From the NCBI RefSeq assembly GCF_964194155.1, contig NC_135881.1, positions 202,554,001-202,618,000 of the forward strand: DNA of 64,000 nt. Reading direction: 5' to 3'. The notes beneath the pieces are model-generated. The model was not told where the DNA came from. It did no database searches and saw only the letters and a list, made by a program, of their open reading frames with translations. This stretch comes from Cetorhinus maximus. Its lineage: Eukaryota. Positions 1 through 12,200 of this stretch are shown here, in pieces; position 1 is the first letter of the stretch, and each line of letters opens with the position of its first letter. Made by a program: the position numbers and the translations under genes.

Positions 1-379
1 CAAGTTCCATTTGCCTGCAGAAGAGCGGTCCCTGCGTATGACTCTATGTAGCTTCGAGCAAACATAAATGAGTCACATTGCAAGCCCAGCTAAGAATTAC
101 ACCAATGCTAACTTAGATTATTACATCTGTCAGCCCAGTCCCTCCTTTTTCCCAAAAATAAGCTCACTTCCTCACCCACCCCCCACCCCAGCCCACAAGC
201 ACCCCCATCCATATCTTCACCCAACCCCACCTAAAGTCCACACCCTCCCCCACCTGCAGCATCTCATGCATAGTTTGACAGTGACTCTCAAAATTATACT
301 ATATTTTACAGAATCCAATGTATTGCCACAGTTTCTGTTGTTTGATGTACCTCATATGAAAAAAGTCACGGTACAGTAA

Positions 380-1090
380 ATTATGGAGGGGCTGCAAGCA
401 GTTCTGGGCACCATACCTTAGGAAGGACCTACTGGCCTCGGATGGAGTGCAGCAAAGATTTACCAGAATGATACCTGGACTCCATGGTTTACATTACAAA
501 GAAAGATTACACAAATGTGGGTTGTATTCCTAGGAGTTTAGAAGGTTAAGGGGTGATTTGATCAAAGTTTTCAAGGTATTAAGGGGAGCTGATAGGGTAG
601 ACTGGGAGAAACTATTTCCATTTGTTGGCGAATCCAGGACTAGGCAGCATTATCTGAAAATTAGAGCCACACTGTTAATGGTAAGTTAATTATATTGTTA
701 GGGTATAGCAGATGAGAGGCATTGTTTAATTAAGTACTTTAAGCACATATAAATAGGAGCTGGGACACTGGTTTGAGTGGGAGGAGGCTGTGAGACTGAA
801 TAAAGTCAGTCGACTCTCTCAATAAAGAAAAGCTTCATGTCTTGGTTTTGACTTCACCAACAGGCCTGGTTCCTATTAACATAGACCTTTCAGGAGTGAA
901 ACGCAAAGGGTGATAAGTTGGAACTCTCTTCTGCATTGGCAATGGATGCTGGATCGATTGTCAATTTTAAGACTGCGATTGTTAGATTTTTGTTAACCAG
1001 AGGTATTTAAAGGAGTTAGTTCACAGATAAGTCATGATCTCATTGAATGGCAGCACAGGCTTGAGGAGGTAAATGGCCTCCTCCTGTCCT
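380..1090 (+). mobile_element. CR1 LINE 3' fragment, interrupted by a solo LTR
   Basis: Degenerate CR1 ORF2 3' end (gagtttagaaggttaaggggtgatttgatc ... aaatggcctcctcctgtcct). Boundaries approximate. Confidence 0.75.
673..881 (+). mobile_element. Solo LTR (about 209 bp)
   Basis: Starts TGTTAAT and ends ATTAACA (7-bp inverted ends, TG..CA). Internal TATAAATA and AATAAA. Flanks CACAC/TAGAC each differ by 1 nt from the CR1 target CAGAC, and the CR1 sequence resumes after it. Confidence 0.7.
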
Positions 1091-2559
1091 TTAAGAGACT
1101 GGGCGAGGTTGTAGAGTTATAATGTAGGAGTTTGAAAATTAGTGTTTTAAATTTAATGCACCGGGTGTTACAACTTAGATAATCAGATGGAGAAGGATAG
1201 AACTAAAGCCTAGTCTATATACAATTACAAAATTTTATTTTCAGAGATATACATTACATATTCTGCACCTTCAATGCAAGAATTACTCTGCTCCTATAAT
1301 GTATATATAATAGTCAGTGCCCGCTGCCTGAATACAATTAAGCACTCAGTTAATATACAACTAAGAACCAGTGTAGGTCAGTGAGGACAGGGATGACAGG
1401 CAAACAGTATTTAGTGTGGGATAGGATACAGTTAGTTTTGGAGTATGTGGAATGTGGAGATTAGGAAGCCAATGAGGAGCAAATTAGAGAAATACAGCCT
1501 GGGGGTGACAATGGAACGGGCAAGGATTTCAATGGTGGAGGTGCAGAAGGTGAGGTGAAGGCAGGACATTATGCAGAGATGGAAATAAACAGTTCTGGTA
1601 ATGAATAGGATGTTTTGAAGCAGAGCTCATGGTCAAAGGAGATGCCAAGATTTTGCACAGTACAGTTGAGACTGGGGAGGAGGGATGCGGCTAAGCGTGA
1701 CGGTTTTGATCTTCCTTATTGGAGAAAGTTGTGATTCAGCAGTGAAAAATATCAGGCAGTCTGACTGTAAGGAAAAAGGTAAATGTACTCACTCCGTGCT
1801 CCGTGCTATATTTCAACCCATTTTGATAAACACACAGAGAGTGTGTTTCCTCTTGTGGGGAAGAGCATACCTAGAGGCCGTTAATATAAAATAGTCATCC
1901 AATAGGGAACTGAGAAAAAACATCTTTACCTAAAGCGTGGTGAGAGAATGTAGAACTCACTACCTCATGGAGTGGTTGAGATGAATAGTACAGATGTATT
2001 TTAGGGGCAAATGGACAAGCATATGAGGGAGAAGGGAAAAGAGTTAGATGAGGAAAGATGGGAGGAGGCTTGAGTGCACCATTAAGGTAGGCATAGCCTG
2101 GTTGGTTTGAATAGCCTATTGCTGTGACATATATCCTATGTATATGTAACCGTCAGCAATGCAAAGGATTTTGAAAACAATCCTTTGGCTCAATACACTT
2201 GTACAGATAACACTGTGATGGAGCTGTGGGGAAAGCAGTGAGCAGCTGTGCTTTGCTCAAATGTGGGAATTTTATTATGAGGATTGCTGGGGGGGGAATA
2301 ACTGTGACAGTTACAGGCAGCCTCCCATATAATTCTGTAACTAACTCCCTCTTCCCTCATAACATAACAAGCATCCAGACCCTCCGAGTGTCACTGAGTT
2401 CCTAGGTACTGATTCCAATAGCCCACCTGAGGGATGCACTAGTCAGTTTATTGGTGGCATTGTCCTGACTCCAGTTGTAATAAGCCAGGGGGAAATGTTA
2501 TATTAGCAAGCGATGCATTAGTGTAATGACATGTACTGACTAAAATTTGCACCTGGAGT

Positions 2560-3550
2560 ACAAGCTTGGAATGAGATGGCACTGAGGAAATGTTGCTTTT
2601 CTGTAGGAACATCGTCCCCTGAGACAAGGCATTAAACCAAGGCCCGCTTACCTGACCCAGTGGTTCAGGGGAACATCAAAGATCCTATGGCACCACTGGG
2701 TGAGTAGGATGTTCACACAGAGTCCTTGTTATAAATCACTGCTCATTTACTGAGTAAAGGAGGAATCTGGAGCCAGTCTTTCCTTAACATAGGTTTATTC
2801 ACAAAACCGAGAACACAAACTCCCTTTTCCTACCCCACATTGGTGGAAACCGGTTCTTATATATACTTAAGAATAATGCCCTAACCATCCCCAGTTAGTA
2901 ACAACAGCTCTCACTTACAACTACAGCATGCACTTCATTGTGACAGGACTGCAACCTTAGCAGCCCTGACTAATATTCCTCCTTGAACCCCTACCAAAAT
3001 ATACCTGATGGGAGCGGTGGTTATTATGCTACTGCACCAGTAATCCAGAGCCCTGGACTAATCGACTCATGATCCAGAATCCTAAAATCAAATTCATCAT
3101 GGGCAATTTACATTCAGTTAATTGAATATAGCAGGAATAGGAAGAAAACTAATATCAGTAACGGTGGTCATGGAACAACTGGATTGTCATAAAAACCGAA
3201 CATCCTTCAGGGAAGGAAACTTGCCATTCTTACCCAGTGTGATCTACATATGCCTGATTCCAGGCCCACAATAATGCATTTGGCTTTTAACCGGCCCCTG
3301 AGCTAATAAGCCACTCAGTTGTTTTCAAGGCAGCTGACCATCATCTTCTCAATGAGGAAAGGATTATAAATGCTGGTCTCTGCAGCATGCCCACGTCCCA
3401 TGAATGAATTAAGAAAAAGCAGATAAATCGGCCTTTACCATTGCGGGGCGTGTTGGATCTTGCTATGCAGAAAAGGGCTGTCTATTTCGCTGTGATTACA
3501 CTTCAAAGTAACTAACTGTATGCAAAGAGGCACTTGAGGCATTGAGAGAT
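2560..3550 (+). mobile_element. DeuSINE (SacSINE1/AmnSINE-like) broken by nested LTR-like and tRNA-SINE insertions
   Basis: Deu-domain pieces aaagatcctatggcac (about 2680), taatattcctcc (about 2970) and gattacacttcaaagta (about 3495), separated by an LTR-like segment (about 2727-2925) and a SINE (about 3010-3418). Confidence 0.55.
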
Positions 3551-3840
3551 CACAGGTTCATACAGCGATACAGCACAGAGGGAGGCCATTTGGCCAGTCT
3601 AGCCTTTGCAAGCTCTTTGAAAGAGCTATCCAATTAGCCCCAGTCCCTGGCTCCTACCCCATGTCCCTGCAATTTTTTTCCCCTTCTAGTATTTAGCCAA
3701 TTCCTTTTTGAAAGTTGATGTTGAATCTGCTTCCACCAGACTCTGCAGAGAGTCTATGCCAGTTTATAACAAGTCTTTGTGTAAAAAAAATGTTTCCTCA
3801 TGCCATCTCTATTTTTTTTTGCCAATTATTTTAGCTCTTT

Positions 3841-6800
3841 GGGCGGAATTTTCCGTGTCCGTTGGCGTTGGGCATGCTCAGCGCCGTGAGCGGACAATAT
3901 GGCAAAAGGCCAGAAAGCGGTTTCACAACGTCGTGAAACCAGTTTGCGATCGTCCGCTCAGCCCATCGATCACAGCCGTGTTTCCCGCCATCGGACATCG
4001 GGAGCCTCATTGTAATACATCAACGTATCGTTATAAGGCCAGCCCGCCAGACTCATCCCCCACCTTCCCTCCCGCAGCTTGATCGTCCGCCCATGTCCGT
4101 GTGATTACACACCGGTGCAGAACACGTCTTGATAAGTGTGACGTGCAGAAGTCGGACTTACCGCCAGGGTCTTGCTCACATCGCGGACACCCGAGGAGCA
4201 GAAGATGCTGAAGCCCGACAGCAACAACACTCTGGAGGAACACCCGCGGCTGCTGGGTGGATTCTCATGGACATGGCTCTGCTCACGGAAGTTGGAAAGT
4301 CACCGTTGAGAATCTGCTCACAACGGATGATGGTCGAGGGGGTGGGAGAGGAAGGTCCAGCTGTGTTTGGGAGAGGAAGATGTATCGGGGGAGGTAGGAT
4401 TGACTGGGAGAGTAAGAGGTGTCAGCATGGACGGGGTTGGGGGGGTGAATTATGGTGTCAGGATGGGGCGAGGTTGGGAGGGGGGAATGAAGGTGTTGGT
4501 GGGGAGGGAGGGAGGGAGGGAGTACAGAGGGAGAAGGCAATAACAGGGGGGAAGACGGCAACTGGGGAGGTAGGGGTAAGGGGGGGTGGAAGGTGTAAGG
4601 GAAGGAGTTCAGAGGGGGGAAGGAGTATGGAGAGCGGAGGGAGTCTGGGGTGAGGAAGGAATGCGGAGAGGGGGAAGGAGTAAGGCTGGAGGAAAGAGTC
4701 AGAAGGCGGCAAAGACTAAGGGTGGAGGAAGAATTAAGGGTGCCTGAAGAAGTCAGGAAGGGGGAAGGCCTAAGCGGGGGTTGGAGTCTGGGAAAGGAGA
4801 GGACTGTGGAGGGGGGGGAAGAGGTTCCAATGGAGGAAGCGGTCTGGAGAGGGAGGGGGGATGTCCAGGTGAATGTGCAAGGGAGGGCTCCGATGAGGTT
4901 GGGATTTTCAGGAAGGAAGGGAACATCCACGTTCACCTGGACATCCCCAAAAGAAAAGGGTTGTGGTTGGTAGGTCACGGAGGGGAGCTGGAAGGTGATT
5001 GCCGGTAGTGGGGGGAGGGGGAAGGGGTCAGCAGTGATGGGGAAAGCAAATGGGTAACTGGGGGAGGGGGAAGGATGGGGTAGTGCATGAAAAGCTGAAC
5101 CCCGAACATCCAGTCTAAATCGAAAGTGAAACGAGAGTCGTGGTGAGTGAGATCAGGTGCTGCACGGGGGTGTGGTCAGTGGCTGGGCGGAGATGCGGGT
5201 CAGCTCAGATGGACAACTGAAAGTGAACTCCAGGAGGCAGCATTGAAAATGCTCAGCACATTGAGGTGAGTGTGATACGTGAAGGATCCGTGTGTGTGGG
5301 AGAGGCTTCCACGAGTCTCCGAGAGGCCCTGCCACACACACACTCCTCCCTCCAGAATCACTCGTTGGCCGGCTGCTCCCTCCGCAGTGACAGAGGGCGA
5401 GGTTGAGGGGCTCCCAGGCAAAGGGGACTCAGAGGGAGTGGACAGCCTCTCAGATTATTAAATGGATGACCCAGGGGTGTCCAACTTCCACTCCTCCTCC
5501 CTTTGGGTGCCCGGGAGCCCCGGCCTGACTCCTTGAGGGGAAGGAGCACCTGGAGGGACATTGAGATGCCCCGTTTCCCTCTCACGTTGCCACTGCAGGA
5601 ACTCACCCATGGCTCCCATGATGCAGTGCAGGTCTGCACACATCTCCGCATCCTGCTGGACCAGGATCTCCATGGCATCCACCATCCTCCCCATGGAGAC
5701 CTCCATACGCGCACGTGTGGGCACCACTTCATCAGAGAGCAGGCAGACGCACTCCTCTGCCTCATGTGCCACTCTGCTGAAGGCTCCCACCAACTCTGTG
5801 TGATGTTCCCCTGCCTTCTGTTGACTCTCCAGGATTAGGTGGGAGGCCAAGTCCAGAGGCTCATCATCTGACTCGGGCTTCACAGATGCCTAATCCCCAG
5901 CAGCCCTCTGAGTGCCAGGGGGCTCAGCCGAACCTGCCTCCTCTTGTAGCGGACATGTATCCGTGCAGTGACCACCAGATTGTGAACCCGAGCCTACTCT
6001 AGATCCAGGTCCCACCGAGGTGTGTCTCTGCGCTGGTGGAGGGTCTGGGTAAGCGTTGTAATGGGTCTTCCAGGCTGCTTATTTCCAGCTCTCCAATGGA
6101 GGAGGTGTCCTTTTGGCTGGAGGTGAGGATGTGGATGGAGCTGAGGGACTGGCTGGGTGAGGGTGTCGGTCACTCGGCAGAGCTCCCTGTGAACCAAAGT
6201 AGAGATAATGAATGCATGGCAGCAGAGTCAAAACAGGCGAGAGAGCACTCACAGTTGCGTTAAGAGGGGGATGATGTGGTGCAGGATCCTCACGAGGGTG
6301 TTTGCTGCCAACCTCCCCCATCACCGCAGGCACAGTCCACGTCCTCACCAGTCAGCATGATGGCACACTCCTCAAAGTGAGTGAGGGGCCTAATGTGGGC
6401 CACTCCACCCCAAGTCTGGGACCTCACCCTGCCGCTGTGAGCCAGCTTCTCCTGCATGAAAACAGATGGAGAGAGTGTGAGCAGGTCACTGTGTGGAATG
6501 TTTGTGTGCTGAGCAGAGCTATGGACAGGATGAGGACGTGAGCTCGAGAGGATAAGAGCCTGATGGAGATGTGAGGGTGTGTGTGAGAGTTAGTGGCATT
6601 GTCCCTTTGAGGTGTGAGATCCCTGTGGATGTGTGATGGGTTTGTGAGTGTGTGAGTTGAGACTGATGAGGAGATTGAGTTACCCTGGCGGAACAGATGA
6701 GACCATTCATCCTGTAGCAGCACTGGGTGGCTGTCCTCTTTTGCAGGGCACTGGCGCTGACCACCACTGCCATCGCCTCCCATGCTGAATTGGTGATGCC

Positions 6801-7111
6801 GCTGCCCCTCCTGCGGCCAGAGAGGAGGTAGAGGATATTACAGTGGGCCTCCAGAGCGTCCAAAAGGCGCTCGAGGGATACGTCACTAAACTGGGAGGGG
6901 GGGTGGTTTGGAGTCTTTTTGCCTTTCGGGGCCATCCTGTCTTCTGTGTGGCAGTCCTGGGCTGGGAGCACTGAGAGGTGTGCGCGCGGCTGCACTTTGA
7001 ACATGGTGGCCGGCGAGATGAAGTGGCGAGGTGATGGCATGGCGGGCAAATGAGAGCGTCCTTTTCCCCACCCACTGCCACACTTAGTGCAAATCTGGGA
7101 CAATTCCACCC
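3841..7111 (-). mobile_element. PIF/Harbinger DNA transposon (internally deleted), encoding a degenerate spliced Myb/SANT-like protein
   Basis: Left TIR GGGCGGAATTTTCC (3841) and right TIR GGACAATTCCACCC (7098-7111, reverse complement GGGTGGAATTGTCC). Minus ORF FSDVSLERLLDALE..W..MAVVVSA..KRTATQC..RMN is a Myb/SANT-like domain. Flanks rejoin into one CR1 fragment. No DDE transposase recognised. Confidence 0.75.
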
Positions 7112-9059
7112 TTCGTCTCCGGTTACCAATTCCCGTTCCTCCTTATTTATTCAAACAAACTCGGTCATAATGTTTATATGAAGTAACAACACTCCTTTTT
7201 AATGGTGCCTTTAATACCAAAGGGGACATTTCTGCCCTGGCAAACTCATGCAAGGAAAATGATTGGATTGGTGAATTAAAAAGGCTGTTTTGCCAAAAAT
7301 GTACATCAGTTCATATTAAATAACAAAAAAACCTAATCGTGCTTGGTTTTTATTTTAAAACAAATTAAACAGAGGAGGGTTTAGGGTCAGCACCCCTCAT
7401 ACAGCACTGGGACACACAAACCAGCAGATGAAGTGCACTTAAGCATTCTTTCCATCTCACTGTCAAAATATCAAGCCATTGTTATTCTGTTCTCTGGAGC
7501 TATTCAGGAACTAAAACTAGATAGAGTTCCCAAATCAGAAGGTTGCTCTGAAAATAATATGGACCCCTCTAGGTAGCTGACATATTCAAATGATTTGTAA
7601 GATAAATACCAGGCCAGAGTTTAATTATAAAAAAGGATGGAATAACAGCCAATGCAATTGTAATATTTATCAACTTGCCCCCAAATTTCACCACGTTATC
7701 TCCTCTCTGAAAATTATTCTACGAACCCTGATGGTGTACACAAAACTTGACTTCAAGAACGTTGTCACGTTTGGCAAATGTCACCTACTTAAAGACAAGT
7801 TAGACCTCAAGTGTCTGTGTGAACCAAACCGCAGCAGTATTCACAAAGGAATCAACACATCTACAACCAAAGAATTAGGAATTTCCTACTCGTCACATCT
7901 GCTCAACTATTGGAAGTACACCAAGCGTTAATGGAACGCCTCCCTCTATACCAGTTTGGCAGCTATCTAGGAACAATTTTTTAAAAGGCAGTTTTTTACG
8001 CTTCTTTTCCATAAATTTTGCAGGTCCTGTAGGCCACACATCGATCGCTACAAAGCCATGTAACGGAAGTCAGACAACAACCTTCTACCCCGCCATCCTG
8101 ACACCTCCATTTTGTTTTGCTCCCATCCAGGACGTCCTCTCCTTTAACTCTGTTCATGAGCAGGAACACAGCTGCACTCAGACTTTACCTGGAAGCCCAT
8201 CATTCTGGGTCATCCTCCACTTAAATTTCTTTTCCCTTCTCTCTTTATGCGTTGTAGCGTTCTTGGTCCAAAGTGTAAAGCACAATGGCTTGGGCCGGGC
8301 CTTCACCAGCATCTCTTTTATACCAGCTACAAAGAAGGCCCAAAATTAAATTTAAACTTCTGGAACCTAGATAATGGATGCCATAACTGGACATAGAGCC
8401 ATAGAGTCATTATGGCACAGATGGAGGCCATTCAGCTCATCAAGTCCATGCTGGCTCTCTGTAGAGCAATGCAGTCAGTCCCATTCGCCTGCTCTATTCC
8501 TGCAGCCCCAAAAGTTTATTTCCCTCTAGTGCCTATCCAATTTTCTTTTGAAATCATTCATCATCTCCGCTTCCACTGCCCTCGTGGGCAGCGAGTTCCA
8601 GGTCATTACTCCTCGCTGAGCAAAAAGGTTCTTCCTCTCATTCCCACCCCCCACCCCCCCCATATTTTTTGCCCAAAATCTCAAATATGTGTCCCCCTCG
8701 TCCTTATATAATCAGCCAATGGGAACAGCTCTTCATTGTCTACCTTATCTAAACCTGTCAAAGTTTTGTATAACTCTATCAAATCTCCCCTCAACCTCCT
8801 TCGCTGCCAGGAGAACAACCCCAGTTTCTGTCCTAGACCTGAAAGGAGGTTGCCTGACCAACTTCTGTTTCTCTACAGATGTTGGTTGCCCTGTTAAGTA
8901 TTTCCATTTTCTCTTTTTCCACAATCATTGTCAAGTTCTAGCCCTGTTCTTACCAATTGAGTACAGAGTAGGCTTTGCACAGCACTTGTAAAGACTTGTT
9001 GAAGTGGAAAAGAGTCTCAGTATCAATAATATCATTTAGATGCTCAATTTACTGCAACT

Positions 9060-9760
9060 ACTGCTTAATTTATTCTGGTATGGACTTGGTGGGCTGAATG
9101 GTCTCCTTCCGTGCCATAATGACTCTAGTGGCTCTGCGACAGAGAAGTACTTTGGATGAATTTTAATTTATCCAGTGGCATCAGATGAATTGCATCAACA
9201 AGCTCTGCACCAACATGAGTAAGCCAATCAGGACTGAGACGGGATTTCTTCACTAAGAGGTTGGTGAATCTTTGGAATTCTCTACCCAGGGGGCTGTGGA
9301 GGCTCAGTCATTGAGCATGTTCAAGACAGAGGTCGATAGATTTCTAGATATTAAAGAGATCAAGGGATACGGGGATCGTGTGGGAAAGTGGCTTTGAGGT
9401 AGAAGGTCAGCCATGATTTCGTTGAAAGGCGGAACAGGCTCAAGGGGCCGAATGGCCAACTCCTATAGAGTGTACAGGGACAGAAGGATCTTGTGGTCCA
9501 TGCGCACAGATCCTTGAAGGTGGCAGGACATATTGAGCAAGTAATTAGCAAAGCCTATGGGATCTTGGGCCTCACAAATAGAGGTAGTGAGTAGAGAAGC
9601 TATGCCACAGCTTTATGAAGCTCTGGTCCAGCCACAAATAGACTATTGCATCCAGCTCTGGTCACCTCGCTTTAGGAATGATGTGATGGTCTTTGAGAGG
9701 GAATCACCAGAATGGTACCAGTGATGAGCAATTTTACCAAAAGGTTAGGTTGGAGAAGAC
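9060..9760 (+). mobile_element. CR1 LINE fragments
   Basis: tttcttcactaagaggttggtgaatctttggaattctctacc ... ggggccgaatggccaactcct, typical CR1 3' ends. Boundaries approximate. Confidence 0.7.
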
Positions 9761-11049
9761 ATCGGTGTGCGATATTTAAACTCCTAACAATCTCCCAACG
9801 GAACTAATTAGAATTAACTTTCAGTACAGCAATTCCTGAGCCTGTGTTTGAGGAAGGGTGTATAAATTCTCAAATGTAATGCCAATTTTTACAATTTCTT
9901 ACTACAAATGTTATAGGTGTCAAAATTAAAAATCTAGGGCACGGAAGTGCTACCCTCCTTTTAAACAGAACAATTACATAAGCCAGGGCTGGTATTTCCT
10001 GTGCATGTCTATGATTACCGCGCTGGTACAAAGTCACAACACTTGTTCATTTTTTTGGGAGATGGAGTGCGGTTGGGCAAGATATCTGCTCCCAGGGTTC
10101 CCTGAATGTGAGTGAGGCAGTCATTGCAGGGCATAGGAGCACAAGGGAATTGTAACAATGTGTGTAAGTTCTCAAAAGAAAGAGGTTTGGTTATTCTTTC
10201 AATGACTCAGTAATATAACACACCAGCCATAAGATGCCTCGTTCATTCCTTGCCTGTGCTCTCTGCCACTATTGTGTTATGGGTTTGGTTGGTGTCTCAT
10301 TGATGAGATTTTGAGACTTGTATGTTTAAAATTCTTTCGAGTTATCAACAGTCACAGATTGCAACTCTTTCAAGTACAATCACAGTTCTTGGTTTCCGGG
10401 AGTGGGACATGAACCCACAACCCTCTGATTCAAAGGCTATGAACTGAGCCACAGCTGACACCTCCTTGTATGTTTAAACATGAACCATTTATTGGTAATC
10501 CTTAACTATGTGGAGATCCCAGTTACTGCCATGCATGGTGCTGCTCCCATGCAGGTTCCTTCTAGACTGTTCTCTGAACCTATTACCATGTGATTCTATA
10601 CATCATACCTTGAGCAGTGCTTTTCTCCAGTCCCACGTTAACCCTTGTTCTGCAGAGCATCTTTACGTTACAATGACATTAAGGCTATTAATGCACGGCT
10701 GATGGTAAATGCCGAGTTGCCCAAATGCCAGGGGGAAACTTGAAACAGCTGCCAAAATGGATTTTGCAATTTGGAAAGTACGAGGAGAGGTTCTGAAATC
10801 AGGAAATGATGTCCCCGACTACTTGTGATGATTTTATAGTAGAGTGAATGTTGATTAAAAGAAAATAGAGCAAAAAAAACACAATTACACTTAAATACAA
10901 GAATGGCTTCACCTAGTAAACAGTACTTTAAAACAGTTCCACAAAATCGTATCTTAACTACCCTCAGAGCTAACCGTCCCCTTTTCTGTTCAGCAACTAT
11001 CCTTATAGATTTCAAAATCTATAGAATTCCAGTAATTTTTACCCACAGT

Positions 11050-11560
11050 GCCTTTTTCTCTTGGGGTGTCCTCTGAGGCTGAAAACAACTGGATCTTCAG
11101 GTCTGGTCATGTGCACACTGTCTTCTGGGAGTTCTGACGAGCTATCCTGCTGTCTTCTGGGAGATCTAAACAGCTACCCCCTCACATAGGCTTCAGTATT
11201 TCCTTAAAGGCATTCCTTCCCTTTGATCTCTCTATTGTCTCAACCGGTCTGTTTAGAAATGCTTTCTTCCCAGACTTGATTAGATTCTCCTTTACTTTAG
11301 CTCTTAGGTTTAAAAAAAGATAAACTGTGATGTTTGTGTTTAACGTTTGTGCTTTTTTGTAAAAAGACAATTTAGTTAAAAAGTGCTATATAAAAAACCC
11401 GACAGTAGGATGTGCTAAGTTGAGGATGTATTGCCCTCTGGTGTAGAATAAGGAATAAAGGAGCCTTCTGTTTTTTTACACAGGAAGTTGGGGTTCAGAA
11501 GCAGATTGCTGTGTGTGTGTGTGTGTTTGTCTGTGCATTCTTAATTGTTAAGAAGTGACA
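11050..11560 (+). mobile_element. Possible solo LTR
   Basis: Internal short direct repeats (tgtcttctgggag), CTATATAAAA, AATAAA twice, GT-rich segment, ends GTGACA. Left end not defined. Confidence 0.35.
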
Positions 11561-11989
11561 AAACACTTCATGAACTCACCCTAACTTTGCCTTATTTATT
11601 TATACCTTTTTACAACCTGCATATATCCCCCTTTGAACTAAAACAACTCAGTTCAAAACCACTCCTGTTACTGTTTTAGGTAAAACTCTGATTGAGGTTC
11701 CTCTTGGTTCATTAACACATCAAAACCATTTCTTACTGTTGGCTTTAGGTTCTTGCAATCACTCTGGCTCTTACCGCAATTACCATATTTACTGTCTTCC
11801 TGTACTGAAGAAATATGACAGGGTTATTAACAGAAGAAAAATAGTACAATTTCTTCTTTTCTTGACAAGGCACACACAACAGCCACAATCAGTGATGTGC
11901 TACATTGGCTTGTGTGTCCGAGTCTAGCAAAGGGGGGATAAAACATGGATTGTTGTCAATGGCATCTGTTAGGGAGAGTGCTTGTGTGA

Positions 11990-12200
11990 ATCCTCAGTAG
12001 GTCAGGCAGCATCCGTGGGGAGAGAAACAGAGTTAACATTTCCTGTCAATGACTTTTCATCAAAACTGACTATAGGTCATCGACCTGAAACACTAACTCT
12101 GTTCCTCTTTTCACAGATGCCGCCTGACCTGCTGGGTATTTCCAGCACTTTCTGTTTTCATTTCAGATTGCCAGCATCTGCAGTATTTTACTTTTGCTTG
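11990..12200. mobile_element. Palindromic Penelope-terminus-derived element
   Basis: Left arm tcagtaggtcaggcagcatccgtggggagagaaacagagttaac is the imperfect reverse complement of the right arm taactctgttcctcttttcacagatgccgcctgacctgctgg. Confidence 0.6.

Noticed and set aside
4129-5008. Several 75-231 aa ORFs
   Set aside because: Low-complexity purine/pyrimidine-skewed interior of the Harbinger element; no domain.
11182-11370. Minus-strand ORF with acceptor-like context as a NEK11 exon
   Set aside because: No similarity to the expected KVLKEI..EYCE kinase exon; ends in a stop and lies in an LTR-like segment. I found no second NEK11 coding exon in 1-14374.
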